NCBI GenBank assembly: GCA_017654855.1
Contig: CM030333.1
Coordinates: 3,348,001 to 3,412,000, forward strand
Source of the DNA: Podospora anserina
Taxonomy: Eukaryota
DNA: 64,000 nt
Reading direction: 5' to 3'
Of the stretch, positions 1 to 13,400 are shown one piece after another; the stretch's first letter is position 1; each line of letters begins with the position of its first letter. The notes beneath the pieces were generated by a model. It was not told where the DNA came from. It saw only the letters and a list, made by a program, of their open reading frames with translations, and searched no databases. Both the position numbers and the translations under genes were made by a program.

Positions 1-1724
1 GCCGCCAAGGGCATGGCCATGGTCTGCCTCCTGGTCAACATTGGTCGTATGAACACGACCCTTAATTGTACGTTACCGACATTGCTCTGGCGCTTGAATC
101 GTTGCTGACCATCCTCCCTGTCACAGTTTTCCCCGAGATGCGAGCCCAGCTCCGAACATACCACGCCATTCCGTCCCTCCAAGCACAAGCAGATTCCAAC
201 GCATACAAGCAGCTCCAGGATGCGCCCAGGTTGAAGTCCATCTTGAAGGGCGGTATGGAGGACCGGACAGAGCCCAACTCTCTTGATGCCGTCAAGGCCG
301 TCAACGTGCCGAGAACCAACCCGGTCAACTTGCTGTTCCTGATCTGCAGCAACGCTACTAAGGTTGCTGAGCTGCACTTCCCGCCCGGCGGCGAGTTCCA
401 CGATCTCATCATGAAGAAGCAGTTCACCAGTGAGAGCCGCGCGAGAGCCTTTTTGTGGATCATGTGGTTCTACCTGGAGTCCGACTTCACCGAGGAAGGA
501 TGCGAAGAGAACCCGTTCGGTGCCGGTGTGGACTACGGTGTTGATGTCGCCAATCAAGGAGTTCCACAGCTGGTGCTCATGTCGGAAGAGGAAATGGCAC
601 TCGAAAACGTCGATACAGAAGAGGAGAAGAGGTTCGGCCGAGAGAAGCAGGAGATGCGGCGGAAGATCATCGAGGCCGACCAACAGTTCATGGCAGAAAG
701 CCAGACCAAACGAGGAGGTCGAGCTCGCGCCCTGGCTGGAGAGGAAGTTGGTCCGAGCACCGGCATCTTACCACGGATTCGCCCTTCTAAGCACGAGAGC
801 GATCATGATAGTGTCAGGTCGACTCCGCCGCGTGCTTTGCTCGGCAGGCCATCCGTTGGCGCCAGCACTGGACGACGTGGTCCCCACTCACTGAAATATG
901 TGGTCGATGGCTCGTCGCCTGGGGGCCCTCAGCTGGAAGGAATCGTTGCTCGGAAACCTCGACCACCGACTGCTCACCAGATAGCTGTTGAGCGCAATAG
1001 AAATCAGCGTGTGGAGTACATCTTGGATCGTCGTCTCCGTAAATCCTATCACCAGGCACGAAAGATTCGCCGTGTTGACGGGGCGATTATCCACGCTCTT
1101 CAGAGACTGGAGCAGCTGGACGATGAAGACCCATGGGAGGACAGCGAGGATGAAGACACGGTCAAGATCCACAAGGCGGCCATTGAAAACGCCGGAGTCA
1201 ATGTTGATACTCACCACTTCCGGGAGAGGGGTTACGGCGGGCTGTGTCAGCTCAAGAATGAGACAGATGACTTTGGCGAGCAGTTCCACGCGTACACTGC
1301 TACCCTTCGACGCGTCTCCCGACGGCTCACCCGCTGGGAGAACAGCGATGATCCAAACCTGGGGGTTATCGCGCCGATCAAGCGGCCAAAGGCGACGAAT
1401 GGAACAGTCAATGGTGATGGTTCCGATGGGGAAGGTGACCAGTCACCTTCCAAGGAACCTATCGACCCCGCCGAGACTGAGGACGAGGCGGAGATGATGT
1501 CCGGACGTCAGACCAAGACTGTGCGCCGTCCAAAGGCCAACGGGCTCAACAGGGGTGACACTAATGGTGACACGCCCATGGAGGAGGCCGACGACCTGGA
1601 TGATGTGGATAGGGGGTTGCTCGGTCTGGGTGATGAGGATGAGGGTGATGGTCAGGGGGATGATGATCTGGATGATGTTGAGAAGACGCTTCTTGGGTTG
1701 GATGGGGATTCGGACTCGGAGTAG
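1..1724 (+). CDS. IES1: INO80 chromatin-remodelling complex subunit Ies1 (5' end outside window)
   Basis: Frame from base 1 reads AAKGMAMVCLLVNIGRMNTTLN. Intron 68..126 (GTACGT..GCTGAC..CAG) joins it to FFPEMRAQLRTYHAIPSLQ...YKQLQDAPRLKSILKG...RTNPVNLLF...RARAFLWIMWFYLE, motifs I recognise from fungal Ies1. Acidic tail. Confidence 0.85.
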
Positions 1725-2304
1725 AAATCTGACTGTTTTTACCTTGGGCCGAAACCTGGGGTTTTTGTCGGTTTTTGCAAAAGTAATCAAAGAGGATAGA
1801 CGGAGAAAAATGGGTGGATAAACAGACTACCATACACCCAATGCCTCCTCCATTTCTCATGAACTGAGGAAAAGGGGGGTTGTGTATTACATTTCTTGGG
1901 GAGGGGAACTTTTTCACTAGGCTTTGTTCGTCGGGATCAAAAAAGAATCAAACGGAGTTTTGGTAAGGGGATTTGCAAGGCGTTTGGGAGGGGTGGGTAA
2001 AGGAGGGCAGTTGCCCCTCGAAGGCTGGGCTGGAGAGGGCGCGGATGAGCCATGTTGCCCATCGACACCCCTTGAAGGGCACTAGGATGGGGGAATCGGG
2101 TTCTTGCTTTCAGGTGTATACCACCTTTCCTTCATATTCAGCTAGCCAGCGAGAAGAAGAATTACTGTCGTGATAGTTGATTAGTGTGGCAGAAACAACG
2201 TGCATTTTTGCTGTAACCTATCTTTTCAATGTTTATTCAGTGATTCCACTACCTGTACCGCAACCTAACGAACAACTACTTCAACATTACAATCAACTCA
2301 TCCC

Positions 2305-5234
2305 TCATTCCCTCCCATTCCCACCCCCAGCCGCCGCAGGCCCAGGAGCACCAACCAACCACCCAACCCCACTAACCAACGTCCCCATCGCCGCATTCTT
2401 CAACTGATCCCTCTTCCTCGCCCTCTGTTGTCCACCCTCCCCGTCATGACTCCCACCAGTAGGACTCACCACCTCCCCTCCCCCCGACCTAGCACTATCC
2501 ATACTCCCCCTCTCGCTCCCATTCTTATCCCCCCCCCCAGCCAAACCCCCACAACCCCCTCCCCAACCCCCCAGCGCCCCCCAGCAGCCCTCTGCAGCCC
2601 ACTCAGCGCGCTCAAATTCCTCGGCGCCGTCAACCCCGTCGCCCTCGCCAAATCAAACAAACTCATCGGCGCCTCCTCCTCCTTACTATCCCGTCCCCTA
2701 CTGCTCCCACCAACCCGTGCTTGTTTTGCCTTTTTCGTACTGTTAAACCCCCCCGGCATGTTTGTGCCCGAGACACTATCCCCCCTCCAATCCCACTCCT
2801 CCTCCCTCTCCTCCTCCTGCCTAACCTTCACCTCCAGCTCCTCCTCCGCCCGTCGATAAACATTCAAAATCTCCTGCAGCGTCGCCCCCGGCGCGATCCT
2901 CAACGCAACGCTCAAACACTCAATCCTCTGCTCCAAGTGCCTAATCTCTTCGTTCGCGCTCCCGGTCCCAAAATGCGTCGGCTTGGTCGTCCTCGCCGTG
3001 CGCCGGTACTTCCCCGCCTGCAGCGCCACTCGCCACGAGTAATCATCTTTTTGTTGGCCGGTAGCAGGAGAATCGAGACGGGTGACGACAAAAGAGTAGG
3101 CTGTCTCGAAATCTTCTTCTGTTAAAGCCGCGTCGATGCACATGGCTGTGATGCGTTGAGACACCTGTTCTGGCGGGTGCTGGAGAGAGGATGGATGAGA
3201 GGAAGGAGATTGTTTAACCAGCCCGGCTTGGACCATCCGGTTGCCCAGGTCGACAAAGTCCTGGAGCCGGGTGTATGATTTGGGGTTTTGCTCGAGGATT
3301 TTGCCAATGATGGAGATCGGATCCGAGTGCACCCGCAGGACAATAGGGGTGAAGGGTTCGCCTTGTTTGAGGACTAGACGGTATTCACTTAGGGCGTGGG
3401 TGGCTTGGAGGAGGGCCTCGACTTTTTGGGCGAGGGGGTGGGATTTGGGGAGGGTGGAGGGGAAGGCTTTGATTCTGAGGGAGGACTATTAGTATGGAGA
3501 AAGTGAGAGGAGTTGAGAAGGCGTTGGCTTACATCTCATCACACTTCTTGAGCCCACCGCGAGTGCGGTTGGGATTGGAAGCGTTGTCGTAGGCCGTCAT
3601 GGCGGTGGCGTAGACCGTGTCTTGCAGCACCTTCTCGTCCAGGGGCCTGTCAGGGGCGTCTTCGTACAACGACCGCGCCAAGGAGTAGCCTTTCGGCAGT
3701 TAGTAAAGAGAAGAACAGAACCTAGAAGAAACAACCTACGTGTGTTGAAAAGCAACGCCTTGAGAATCTCAACCTCCAAAAACTCTTTTTTCAGCTTGCT
3801 GAACACCCCCTTAGGAGTGGCCTCAAGAGACACCTCCTCAGCACCCCAATCCCGAAGCCAGAGAATCTCATTTCTCGCCCCCAACCAAAATTTATCGTCT
3901 GTCTTTGGGCCGTTGTGGTTGAGATGATGAATCAACTTGCTGGCCTGTTCTTTCTGGTCACGTTCGTCTTGTAACAAGGCGAGCTCTCCGGCTCTTCTAA
4001 TGGTGCAAGCTTGGCCGGCATGGGTGAGAAGATGAGCACTGAGAATCAGTGCCTCCAAGAAAGCGACAGCAGAGTTGTCGGGCGACGTCAAAATATTCGA
4101 TGAAGCCAACAGATCATTCCGCATAAACGTCGCGGTTTTGGTGGAGATGATGTCCTCAGATATTTGCTCGGCAAGGGGCGGCAGGAGTGCGACAGCTGAG
4201 GGAAAAAGGGGCAGCGGATCTAGACCACGGAGGTTCGCAACCTGAGCCGCGATACTATATGCCCCCTCAATCGCCTCAGATGACGCTTCCGGAAGCACAT
4301 AGGCCGATGCCAATGCTGCCTGCGCATAGGCTCGCTGCACACGGTCTTGCTGTTGCTCTGTCAACTCCAGCTTCCCCCAGCCGGCCAGGTCAGCATCTCC
4401 TGGACCACCCCACTGTTGAATAGCATTGACGGCCACCCTCCAGTTCTTTGATGCTTGCGTGGTGAGCCAGCGAAGAACCTCGTCGTATCCGGCACAAATC
4501 CCGTCGTCTTCCTCGCCGTTGGGAGAAACGATACTACGTCTCCTGGTCTTCCACTTCTTTTCGTCCACAAGCCATGGACCGATTAGACCCCGCAAGTCTC
4601 GTCCTACTACGGGCAAGTCCTCTTCCCTGGCTCCGGTCCGAGACAGTAACAGATTGACGGCAACACGATCTGGAAGTTCCTGAAAAGCAGACAAGGTGTA
4701 TTGAATTGGATCCTCTGGGTGGTATTCGCAGTTTCGTCGTAAAAGCGGCAAGATTGTCGAGATCAAAAGGGTCCGCACGTATGCCGACTGATTCATGAAC
4801 GGCAGCAACAAGGTCGGGAGCTCCGCGAGCAAGCCAGCCTCCTCGTCCACCTTGTATGACCTCCGGACAAGGAAGGAGGTGATAGGGTCATCCCCAACCT
4901 CTTTTGGTGTATCCTTGAAAGTCAAGGGCAGTAGTCGAAGCTTGCGCACCCGCTTTGTCGCATCCCCCTCGGCTAGCGTCTCTACAGATGAAGCATCGAC
5001 GTCATGGTTGGTGTTTTCTGAAAGTGTTCCCTTTTCGATCTTCTCGAGAAATCCGACGTATTTGTTTGATTGTAAGGTTTCGGGGAGGTATGTCAGGAGA
5101 ATGCGCAACACCAGGTCTTTGCGCAGGACAGTGTCATGGCGGGCAGCAAGGACAGCCAAGCTATCGATATCGGCCTGAACAGCAAAGTGCACGGCAAGGA
5201 GGACCAGCTTTGCCGCTGATAGTGAGAGGGTCAT
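2305..5234 (-). CDS. SEC39: Sec39 (Dsl1 tethering complex subunit); apparent frameshift near the 3' end
   Basis: ORF 3597..5234, then introns 3690..3739 and 3475..3532, link to ORF 2466..3332 (AYDNASNPNRTRGGLKKCDE, ATHALSEYRLVLKQGEPFTP, WRVALQAGKYRR, HLEQRIECLSVALRIAP). The typical C-terminus RKRDQLKNAAMGTLVSGVGWLVGA lies in another frame (ORF 2305..2544). Confidence 0.8.
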
Positions 5235-5684
5235 TATTTTCGAGGCTCCTGTATCCGAGATTCGTACTATCGACCTAGAGAATGAATGGAACGGTGCAAA
5301 ATCGCATGTCGAATTACGTCGGATATGCCTTCACATGGCAACTTGTCAGTCAACGACAAGGACACGGAGCTGAGAGCTTCCACAAACAGCAGTTGGGGAT
5401 CATGAACACATTCGCTCTTGGCATCTTCCCCCAAGAAAGCGGCAGGGATAGGGGTCAGCCAGCCAATCGAAGGCAGGGCATTTCGCCCGCAGTCCGTCAT
5501 TGTGGGTCATCCCTGCTGTGGCTTGACCTGCAAAAGTGTGGCTGCCGCTCTCCCGTGCGTGTGTCTGTTGCTGGCCAAGCTCCAAGTGGGAACATCACAT
5601 TGACTTTGGACGCCGACGACATTCGCGACCTCCCCTCAACTTCCCCTCCTGCCACACCACAAACAGGGAAATTCATAGCCCATC

Positions 5685-6146
5685 ATGGCGTCCGGATACG
5701 GCGTGAACGGCGGTGGGTAGCCTGGACACGTCCCAATGGCCTCAATTGGCCCTCACCTAGCAACATATAAACTAACAATGCCCTCGCAGGCCCGTCTCGG
5801 TGCTTCCCCTTCTGGCAGGAGCTGCTCTCGTGCTACGTTGTCAACACCACCGAATTCGATGACTCTGGAAAGGCCAAGTGCGCCGGGCACATGGAGGACT
5901 ACTACGAGTGCTTGCACCACAGAAAGGAGGTTAGCGACTGCCCCGAGCGCCGGCGCAAACATCATAGGGAACCTCTCGCTGATCGAGATTGTGATACAGG
6001 CTGCCAGAGTCAAGGCCCTGCAGGCTGCTTACAGAGCTGCCGAGGCCAAGAAGCTGAAAGAGAATCCTCCGAATGCTACGCAAATAAGGAATCTGGGGCT
6101 GCTAGACAAGGAGGACGACACAAAGAAGGTGCTTGGATCGAGCTAG
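5685..6146 (+). CDS. NDUFS5: NADH:ubiquinone oxidoreductase accessory subunit, NDUFS5/15-kDa-like (twin CX9C)
   Basis: Exons 5685..5712, 5790..5929, 6000..6146 give MASGYGVNGGPSRCFPFWQELLSCYVV...KCAGHMEDYYECLHHRKEAARVKALQAAYR. Two CX9C motifs and canonical introns. Confidence 0.88.
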
Positions 6147-6689
6147 ACGGGGCCGATGAGAGAATAGACGTTTCCGATGTGCATATACAATTACTGGCGG
6201 TGGTTTGCAACCCGGCAATGGTGAGAAACGAAGCTGATACATTCATGTTAGTCGAGCTCTGGAAAATGGTGACTTGTTCGTTGATAATGGGTTGGGTTTG
6301 GTTTGTGCTGCGGTAGGCCAAGTGAAGCATATCTTCTGAACCACTGAGAGAGCTTTGTAGGGCTCGGATGTAAACAAATACCGGGAGCAACTCAGCAGAG
6401 CCCAGGAGCCAGAACCTGAAGGGCAGACGCCTGTGTCTCCGCAAACCATGCTCCGAGTGGAAACTTCACCTGCGTGCCTTCCGTCTTGTCTGGTCTGGCA
6501 GTGAGTGCATTCACTTCTCTCAGGTTTGGCCCTTCCTTTCCAGCGACTTTCCTTCTTCTCGACCAGGCTGTCGACCATTTTGGTTCCTGCTTGCATCTTG
6601 TTTGCGCATCCGGGAAGCCTTCAGGCCCACAGAGTCGCCTTTTCTTTCGACATTTCATTTCCTCCAGTCACTCGTTGATTTCCTTCAAG

Positions 6690-8599
6690 ATGCCTAGCCT
6701 CCGAGGCATCGAGATTTCCATCTCTACGAGCCCAGACGATGAACGAATCCCCGAGTACCCGCATCCAGAAGGTTCAAGATGTCCAGCTCGTAGCTTCTCT
6801 CAGACTGTTCCCGACGATATACCCAAGAGCTTGGCCACGACCTTTCACCCAACCCCGGCTCAGTACCACAAGTATGGCCCGTCAGTGTCTGTCTACATTC
6901 CATCTGTTTCTGGTGAGATTTTCGATCGAAGATGGTGCAGAGGCATCCGCTAATTCGGTCCAGGAACCCGTTTCTCAATCAACTATGCCGTCAACGCTCC
7001 GCCGCCTTCCCCTTGCAAGTTTGTTTTCTTTCGACTCTACATGAACGCCAGGCCCATTTCCGCCTGGGGGATTGAACCAGCTGTCAAGGATAATGGAAGG
7101 GTAGTCAAGTCCCTCTGGGCGCCAACATCTCGATACATGGACCAAGTCGGGATCGAAAGCCGCAACTTCGTCTTCTTGCCAGGCCAGGAGCACAAATCTG
7201 TGGCAGAGGATGGCGGTTTGATTGAGATACAAGCCTTTCGCGCTAAAGCACGGCGGGCTAGAGCTCCAAAGCTGGAAGAATATCGACTCCAAGACAACTA
7301 TGGCATAGCGTAAGTGTCTTTGACTGCGAGTTGTCAACTCTGTCCTCTAACTTCAATGCTAGGGCTCCCAGTGTTGGTCTTGTTGAACAACCTCAAGACA
7401 TGTGTTACTACACCTTCATATTGATGGATCCCAAGGAGTCACCCTTTGCCTCGTTCCGTTTTCACTACCGCACCTGGAGTAACCTCGAGCAGCTGAACTT
7501 GATCCCCACAAAGGAGCTCGACTTTCTCCGAAACATCTCGCCAAACACAAAGCGTGATAGCGGCCCAAGTATCGACTCCACCGAGAACGGTTCATCGGAA
7601 GAGGTTCGGTCTCCTTTGGAGAATTCGGATGAGGCAGTCTTTGACGACAGCGAAGAGGTGGAACAAGAAAACGTCTTGCGTCGCAAACCCTCGGTCTACG
7701 TGCTCAACACGCCACCCGAGCGGTTCCAGGTTTCCACATCCAAGGCTGTGCTGCCCCAGCCGAGCAAAGCACTTAGGGATTGCTACCGTGAGTCGTATCT
7801 CCAGCGCCCTCTGCCAGAACTCCCCATTCACCAGCCTTCTGGCAGACCTTCACGACGATCCTCGGCTGCATCTGCCGTCTCTGCAGTGTCGGGAGCTCCC
7901 TCAATAACGCCTTCGCTTTGCCAACATATCGACGATGACTCTTTTAGTTTGGATAACACCGAGTTTGGCGTTGCAGCGATGGCGAAGAGGGTTAGGTCGC
8001 CCGAGTCTGTGAGGCAGCTTGTCACCCCTGAGGCGGATGAGATAGTTGATGTTGGCAACGAAGAGGAGTATTCGATTTCTAATTATGAAATGTCGCCTCT
8101 TTCGACGAATGGATCGATCACCGAGTCGAGGTTGTCTCCTGGGGGGTATTACCCGATGACGGGAAGCAAGTTTGATAATGGACTGGCGAGTTTTTCGCCA
8201 CCGCATCGACACCAAGCTGCTTACCCGCTCAGGCAGTATACCAGGCCGCCGTCGGTGTCGTTTTTCCATCCTCAGCAGGAGAATCATCATCAGAATATTG
8301 ATCAGTTGATCACTCAGCAGGAGACGCTGACGTTGACGGAGGCGCAGTGGATGAGCCGCAGTCCTTCTCCTCCACAGACGACGCAAGGAGGAGATGATGG
8401 GAGACGACGTGTTTGGAGCCCGAAGGTGGCGGAGAGGGTTGGCAGTAGGGGGGGCCTTTTTTCTGGGTTGAAGAAGAAGAAGTTTAGTGCTTCACCTAGG
8501 AAGCTTGCGCAGATGGTTAGGAGGAGGGAGGTCTCTGTTGGTGATAAGGGGGAGACGGGGAGTGAAGGGAGTGGGGAGAGGGTTGGGAACTGGATTTGA
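6690..8599 (+). CDS. Conserved fungal hypothetical protein (N-terminal beta-rich domain, low-complexity S/P tail)
   Basis: ATG 6690 (MPSLRGIEISI). Introns 6913..6963 and 7310..7362 join three ORFs in frame (VSVYIPSVSGTRFSINY...FFRLYMNARPISAWG...GLIEIQAFRAK...PFASFRFHYRTW). Confidence 0.7.
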
Positions 8600-8635
8600 T
8601 GTGGGTGTGAGCAGATGCTGGTTGGGGAATAGAAG

Positions 8636-8660
8636 TTTTTTTTTTTTTTTTTTTTTTTTT
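8636..8660. repeat. poly(T) homopolymer (~25 nt) between convergent genes
   Basis: Uninterrupted T run seen directly. Confidence 0.9.
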
Positions 8661-8837
8661 ACGGAACAGGTCTTTTTGGGATGGTGTTTGGAATGTTGTG
8701 TTGTATTATACCCTGATGTACGGCTAGTTTACTGTTTGGTTTTCATGAAGGAAGATATGATATGTTACGTTGGGTGTCTTAAAGTACATATAAGGGGCTG
8801 CTGATACTTTTCATGAGAGGAGTAATTTGCTAGATTA

Positions 8838-9838
8838 TTACCACCATTTCTCGCACAGGACCCTGCTCTTGTCTATGCCTAGACCTTGTGGGGAGGGAGA
8901 GGTCAGGCCGTCAACAAATTGGTCGGTCATGGAGGGTACACCGCATATGTAGACTGCCACGTCGTCTTTGTGCTCCCCGATGGCGTTTGAGACGTCGGAG
9001 AGGGATATCCTTCTCCTTTCGAAAGGGATGGATAAATGTTTGGTTGTTATTTCGTTTGTTGAGATGTTGTTTGTGTTGTTGGGGCCACCAGTGGTGGTGA
9101 GGAAGAGCTTGATGTTGCCTTTCAGGGGGTCGTTTTGGTTGGAGAATAGATTGATGATTCGGTCGAGGAAGAGGGCTTGGGAGGTGTCGCCTGATTGGAT
9201 TTTGCTGTTGGGATCTTTGAGAGAGTAGAGGAGGGTGATTTCGGGTTGGGGGCGGGTGGTGGAGATGTGGGAGAGGATGCTGATTAGGGGGTTTATGCCA
9301 ACTCCTCCTGCCACCAACACCAACTTTTTGAAGCCCGGGGGTGTGCTACTAGATCTGGGAGAGGATAATAACAGCTGTTGTTCGGAGGGACGTGAGAATA
9401 TTTGGGGTGGGTAGGTGAAGGAACCGCCTATGCGGATGCGGACGGGGGTGTGTAAGAGGGTGGAGGGGTCCTGCCAGAGGTAGGCTGCTGGGGGGTTGAG
9501 GGGGGATTGCTGGATTGCTAGTTCCATGTGGGGGTGGGATGGGGGTGAGGTTATGGTGAAGCCGCCGGGTTTTTGGCAGGAGGGGAAGGGGGGGTAGTAG
9601 AGGTCTACCCATTGGCCGGGGAGGAAGCTGATGGGGGGTTGGGAGGGTTGGGAGGGCGTGAGGTGGAAGAGGCGGATTGCGGGGGTTATGGGGGTTATGG
9701 TGGTTATGAGGAGTTCGTGGAGGGACTAGAGGGATGTTAGTAGAGCTGGGGGATGAAGGAGGACAGGGGAAGAGGTACGTTATCGCGGGGTTCGTGAGCG
9801 GTGCGGTCGATGTGGGTTGTTTTGTTGGTGGGGGTCAT
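8838..9838 (-). CDS. Ferredoxin-reductase-type FAD/NAD(P)-binding oxidoreductase (OXNAD1-like)
   Basis: Exon 1 MTPTNKTTHIDRTAHEPRDN, intron 9726..9778, then FLPGQWVDL..KPGGFTITSPP..MELAIQ..LVLVAGGVGINPLISIL..YICGVPSMTD..VLCEKWW, which are FNR-family FAD and NAD motifs. Confidence 0.85.
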
Positions 9839-10456
9839 GGTGGAGGTTTTGGTGGGGGTTTGTAGGATTTGGAGCCAAATTTGAGAAACCTTGGGAGAGA
9901 TATGGAGAGTAATGATTGAGGCAAAGAACTGCGTTTTATAATCATCAAGTTCATAGATCAAGTGGTCAAAATGAGGTTGTTTACATACGCATTCTTGTGA
10001 GGTTGGATCCGGGGTTAAGAGTGAGCGTGAGGAGCTGGTTGACCCCACCAAATTAGTCAGTTTGAGCAAGTACTCTTATTGCATGTAGTATTTCACAATA
10101 CCTACACTCTGGTTTTTCACCTAAGTAGATCTTGACAAAGCCTAGAAAGATGTTTTGTGACCCTTTCTAACCTCTATCTACAGAATCTGCAAAATAACAT
10201 GCTGTGCTTGTGCCAGGTGTTGGTAACACATGTGAATGTGGTGAACTTGTTCAAGTTCCACAAGCAGAAATGCCAAGGTGGGTTGGGTGTGGGCCTGGTC
10301 AGTGCGCTTGAGGCCACAGGGATCATGGCCTATCTAGCGGGAAAGCTGCCGGCAGGCAAGACAAACAGGTTCTCGTGACATCCAAAGAAAAGACAACAGC
10401 TGCTGCACGCAACAAACCAGCAGTTGGTTTTCCGTCTTTTCGTGCCTAAGGAACCT

Positions 10457-13400
10457 ATGAGCTTTTGGATCGTGTCTCCGCCGCAAGAACCGTCTCAAGC
10501 TCTCCAAGCTGGAGCAATCAAGGTATGCCTGATCTTGCGCGCGCACATGGTAGAGGGCCCCACTAACCTAGAACCCTACCGGTCACATTTTCTGTACAGG
10601 AACGCGCAAGATCCACCAGAGCACTCTTCACCTGCTCAGAGAAACTCGCACGAAACTGGAACCAGGACAGCGACCCTGCTGACTCCCTCCGCTCCCACAG
10701 CTGCCCAGGATGCGAAAAGTGCGAAAGAGTAAGCCCTTGATCTACCTGTGATGCCAGGCGAACTCTTCTGTGCAGCGTAACCTAACCTTATTGCCAGGAA
10801 GGAGCTCGACTACCACCGCACCGCACACACTTTTCCAGACTATGGGTATTGCGCCTGTGTCCATGAAACTGTCCTGACTACGCCGAAGCTAATCACTGCC
10901 TGTGGTAAAGCCCTGTAAAGCGCAGTGTCGACATGTCTCTCCGATCGGTGTTCAAATCACTTGTACGTCTCGACTTCATTGCAATCATAATGCAGGATTG
11001 CTACTAACTTTCCTAGAATCCCTGGGGCGCGAAAGCCGTCAACACCCTCGATTCGAGCCCCAAGAAGACGACCGAAAGGCCACAATCGGCCCATTCCAAT
11101 GACTCTCGAGAAACACCACGAGCGAAGCGGCAGAAGACGAGCCGGGATACCGAAGTAATACCACGGGGGTCACAAGAGTCTATCGAGGAATTCCCGTCTC
11201 AACCGATTCAATCGCGGGGTCACACGTACAGCCCCTCAATATCTCCTTCGCCTATCAGTTCGCATGTTCATATGTGGAATTCACATGCAATGGCTGAGTA
11301 CCAGGGTCGAGGCAATCGCCGCCACCGGCATAGGTCTCTTGGTAGCAACAAGAGTCAGTCCTCGGCCGAGGACTTTCCCAGTGCGTTCGGTCAGAAATAC
11401 ACTGCCCCCGATAATCAAGAACAAACTCGGTCTAAAGTGCAAAGCGATGCGGCCGACTTGGAGATTCTGAGGAATATATCAGCCCACTTACAGCCTGCCC
11501 AACCCAAGGGGAAGAAGAGACTGAAACAGGAATCCCACGAAGACGACGAGCTGGCAATGGGTCATACGCCCAATGATGGCAAGAAGCGCCAGCCAGGGCC
11601 CAGCGTCTCTCGCAGGGGCGATATAGTCCCTACACAATTCCCCAGAAAGGCAGCCAACGGTCGTGAGGACTGTCAGTCTCTTGGAGAGTCCGAACGCTTC
11701 ACTGTTTCTGCAGCAGTCTGCTACCGGAATTACTATTATGTGGCTGGTGAGAAAGCCGGGACAGATGCATGCTACATGCAAGCACATCATGATAAACCTC
11801 AGGCGGAACTTCGCGCCTTTACACAAAATGGAAACCCCCACGGGACGCAACAGTGGCTCAAGCTTACAAACAAGATCAAAGCCTTGCATTTTCACCCGTC
11901 CAGTAGCCTCATTAAGGTCACTCAACCCACTGATACATCTCTGGACATCGGTAAACTGCTGGTCATCAAGTTTGCGACTCCTCAGGATGCTTCATCTGTT
12001 GCTCGTTGGGCTACAAGGGTTCTCAAGGTAAAGGTGGTGGAAGAGGAAGACAGGTACATATCCTCGAAGCATTTCGTCCTCCGCCCTCGCTAACCATACT
12101 CTAGTAACAAGCTCCATGCCATTTATGACAAAGCACTCGGTGAAATCAATCGAGATACCCCATGGTCATCAGCAGGCAAAGTCGCTGGTGCGGGATCTCC
12201 TAATGCTCAGCCTCCCGATGCTGGCAAGGCACGGGGCACCAGTGCTAGCATTACACCCAGCCAAGTCTCACCCTCGAACAAACCGAGAACCACCATCCGC
12301 GGTTCCATGCAAGTTTCGGAGCCCGCAACACCCCAACCAGTCGCGACTTACGGCAGACGATCTTTGAGGTCAACTCATGGATCAACGACAGATGCGACTT
12401 CCGCTCCAATTGATGTAGATCTATCATTATCGCCTGAGACCCCTCCTCCGCCTCGTTGGTCTTTGCAAAACAGGAGCTGGTTGGAAGACTGGAAGACACC
12501 GCTACAATTTGGCAGAGTACAGGTGACCAAGGATGACATACCAAGACTGGATGAGGGCCAGTATCTGAACGACAGCATCATTGAATTTGGTTTAAAGTAC
12601 CTTTTTGAAAAGTTCACTGACAAGCATCCCGATCTCAGCAAGCGAGTCTACATGCACAACAGCTTTTTCTACACGAGTTTGACCGGGGACGGTGGCAACC
12701 AATTCAAGTACGAAAATGTCAAGAGATGGACTGCAAAGGTGGATCTGCTGTCCTATGACTACATTGTCGTCCCAATCAACCAGCACTTCCACTGGTGGGT
12801 TGCCATAATTTGCAACCCAGGGAAACTTGATCCGGCTGTTCGTCAGAAGGCCAAAGAAGCCGAAGCCACGATCCCTATCGACGTCGAAATGACTGATGCA
12901 CCAAAGCTGGTTACGTCTGATGTTGTGGACAAAGCCACCGATGGCAAACCCGGATTCGGCCCATTAGCTTCTACTCAGCCAAAGCAACGCAAGCCTGCTT
13001 ATAGCCTTGATGACCCCAGAATCATTCTCTTGGACTCGCTCGGATCTAGTCACGGCCCTGCCGTTAAGAACCTCCGCCGATATCTCGTTGAAGAGTTCGA
13101 AGACAAGCGTGGCAGGAGGCTTGAGCAAGGTGATTGGCCAACTCGCCTTGGGATGAAGGCCACTAATATACCGCAGCAATCGAATCTCACAGACTGCGGA
13201 GTCTATGTCCTTGGATACGTGCAAGAGTTTGTCAAGGATCCAGATACCTTCGTCAAGGCTCTGCTGTCTAAGGAGCCGCACGAATGGGCATTAAGTGCCC
13301 CCCTATTGCGAACGCTCTGGAGGGATACTATCTTCTACGAAAAGAGTATGACCCGCACAGAGCCTGGCCGGCAGCAAAATGCGGGGATGATCTATCCCAT

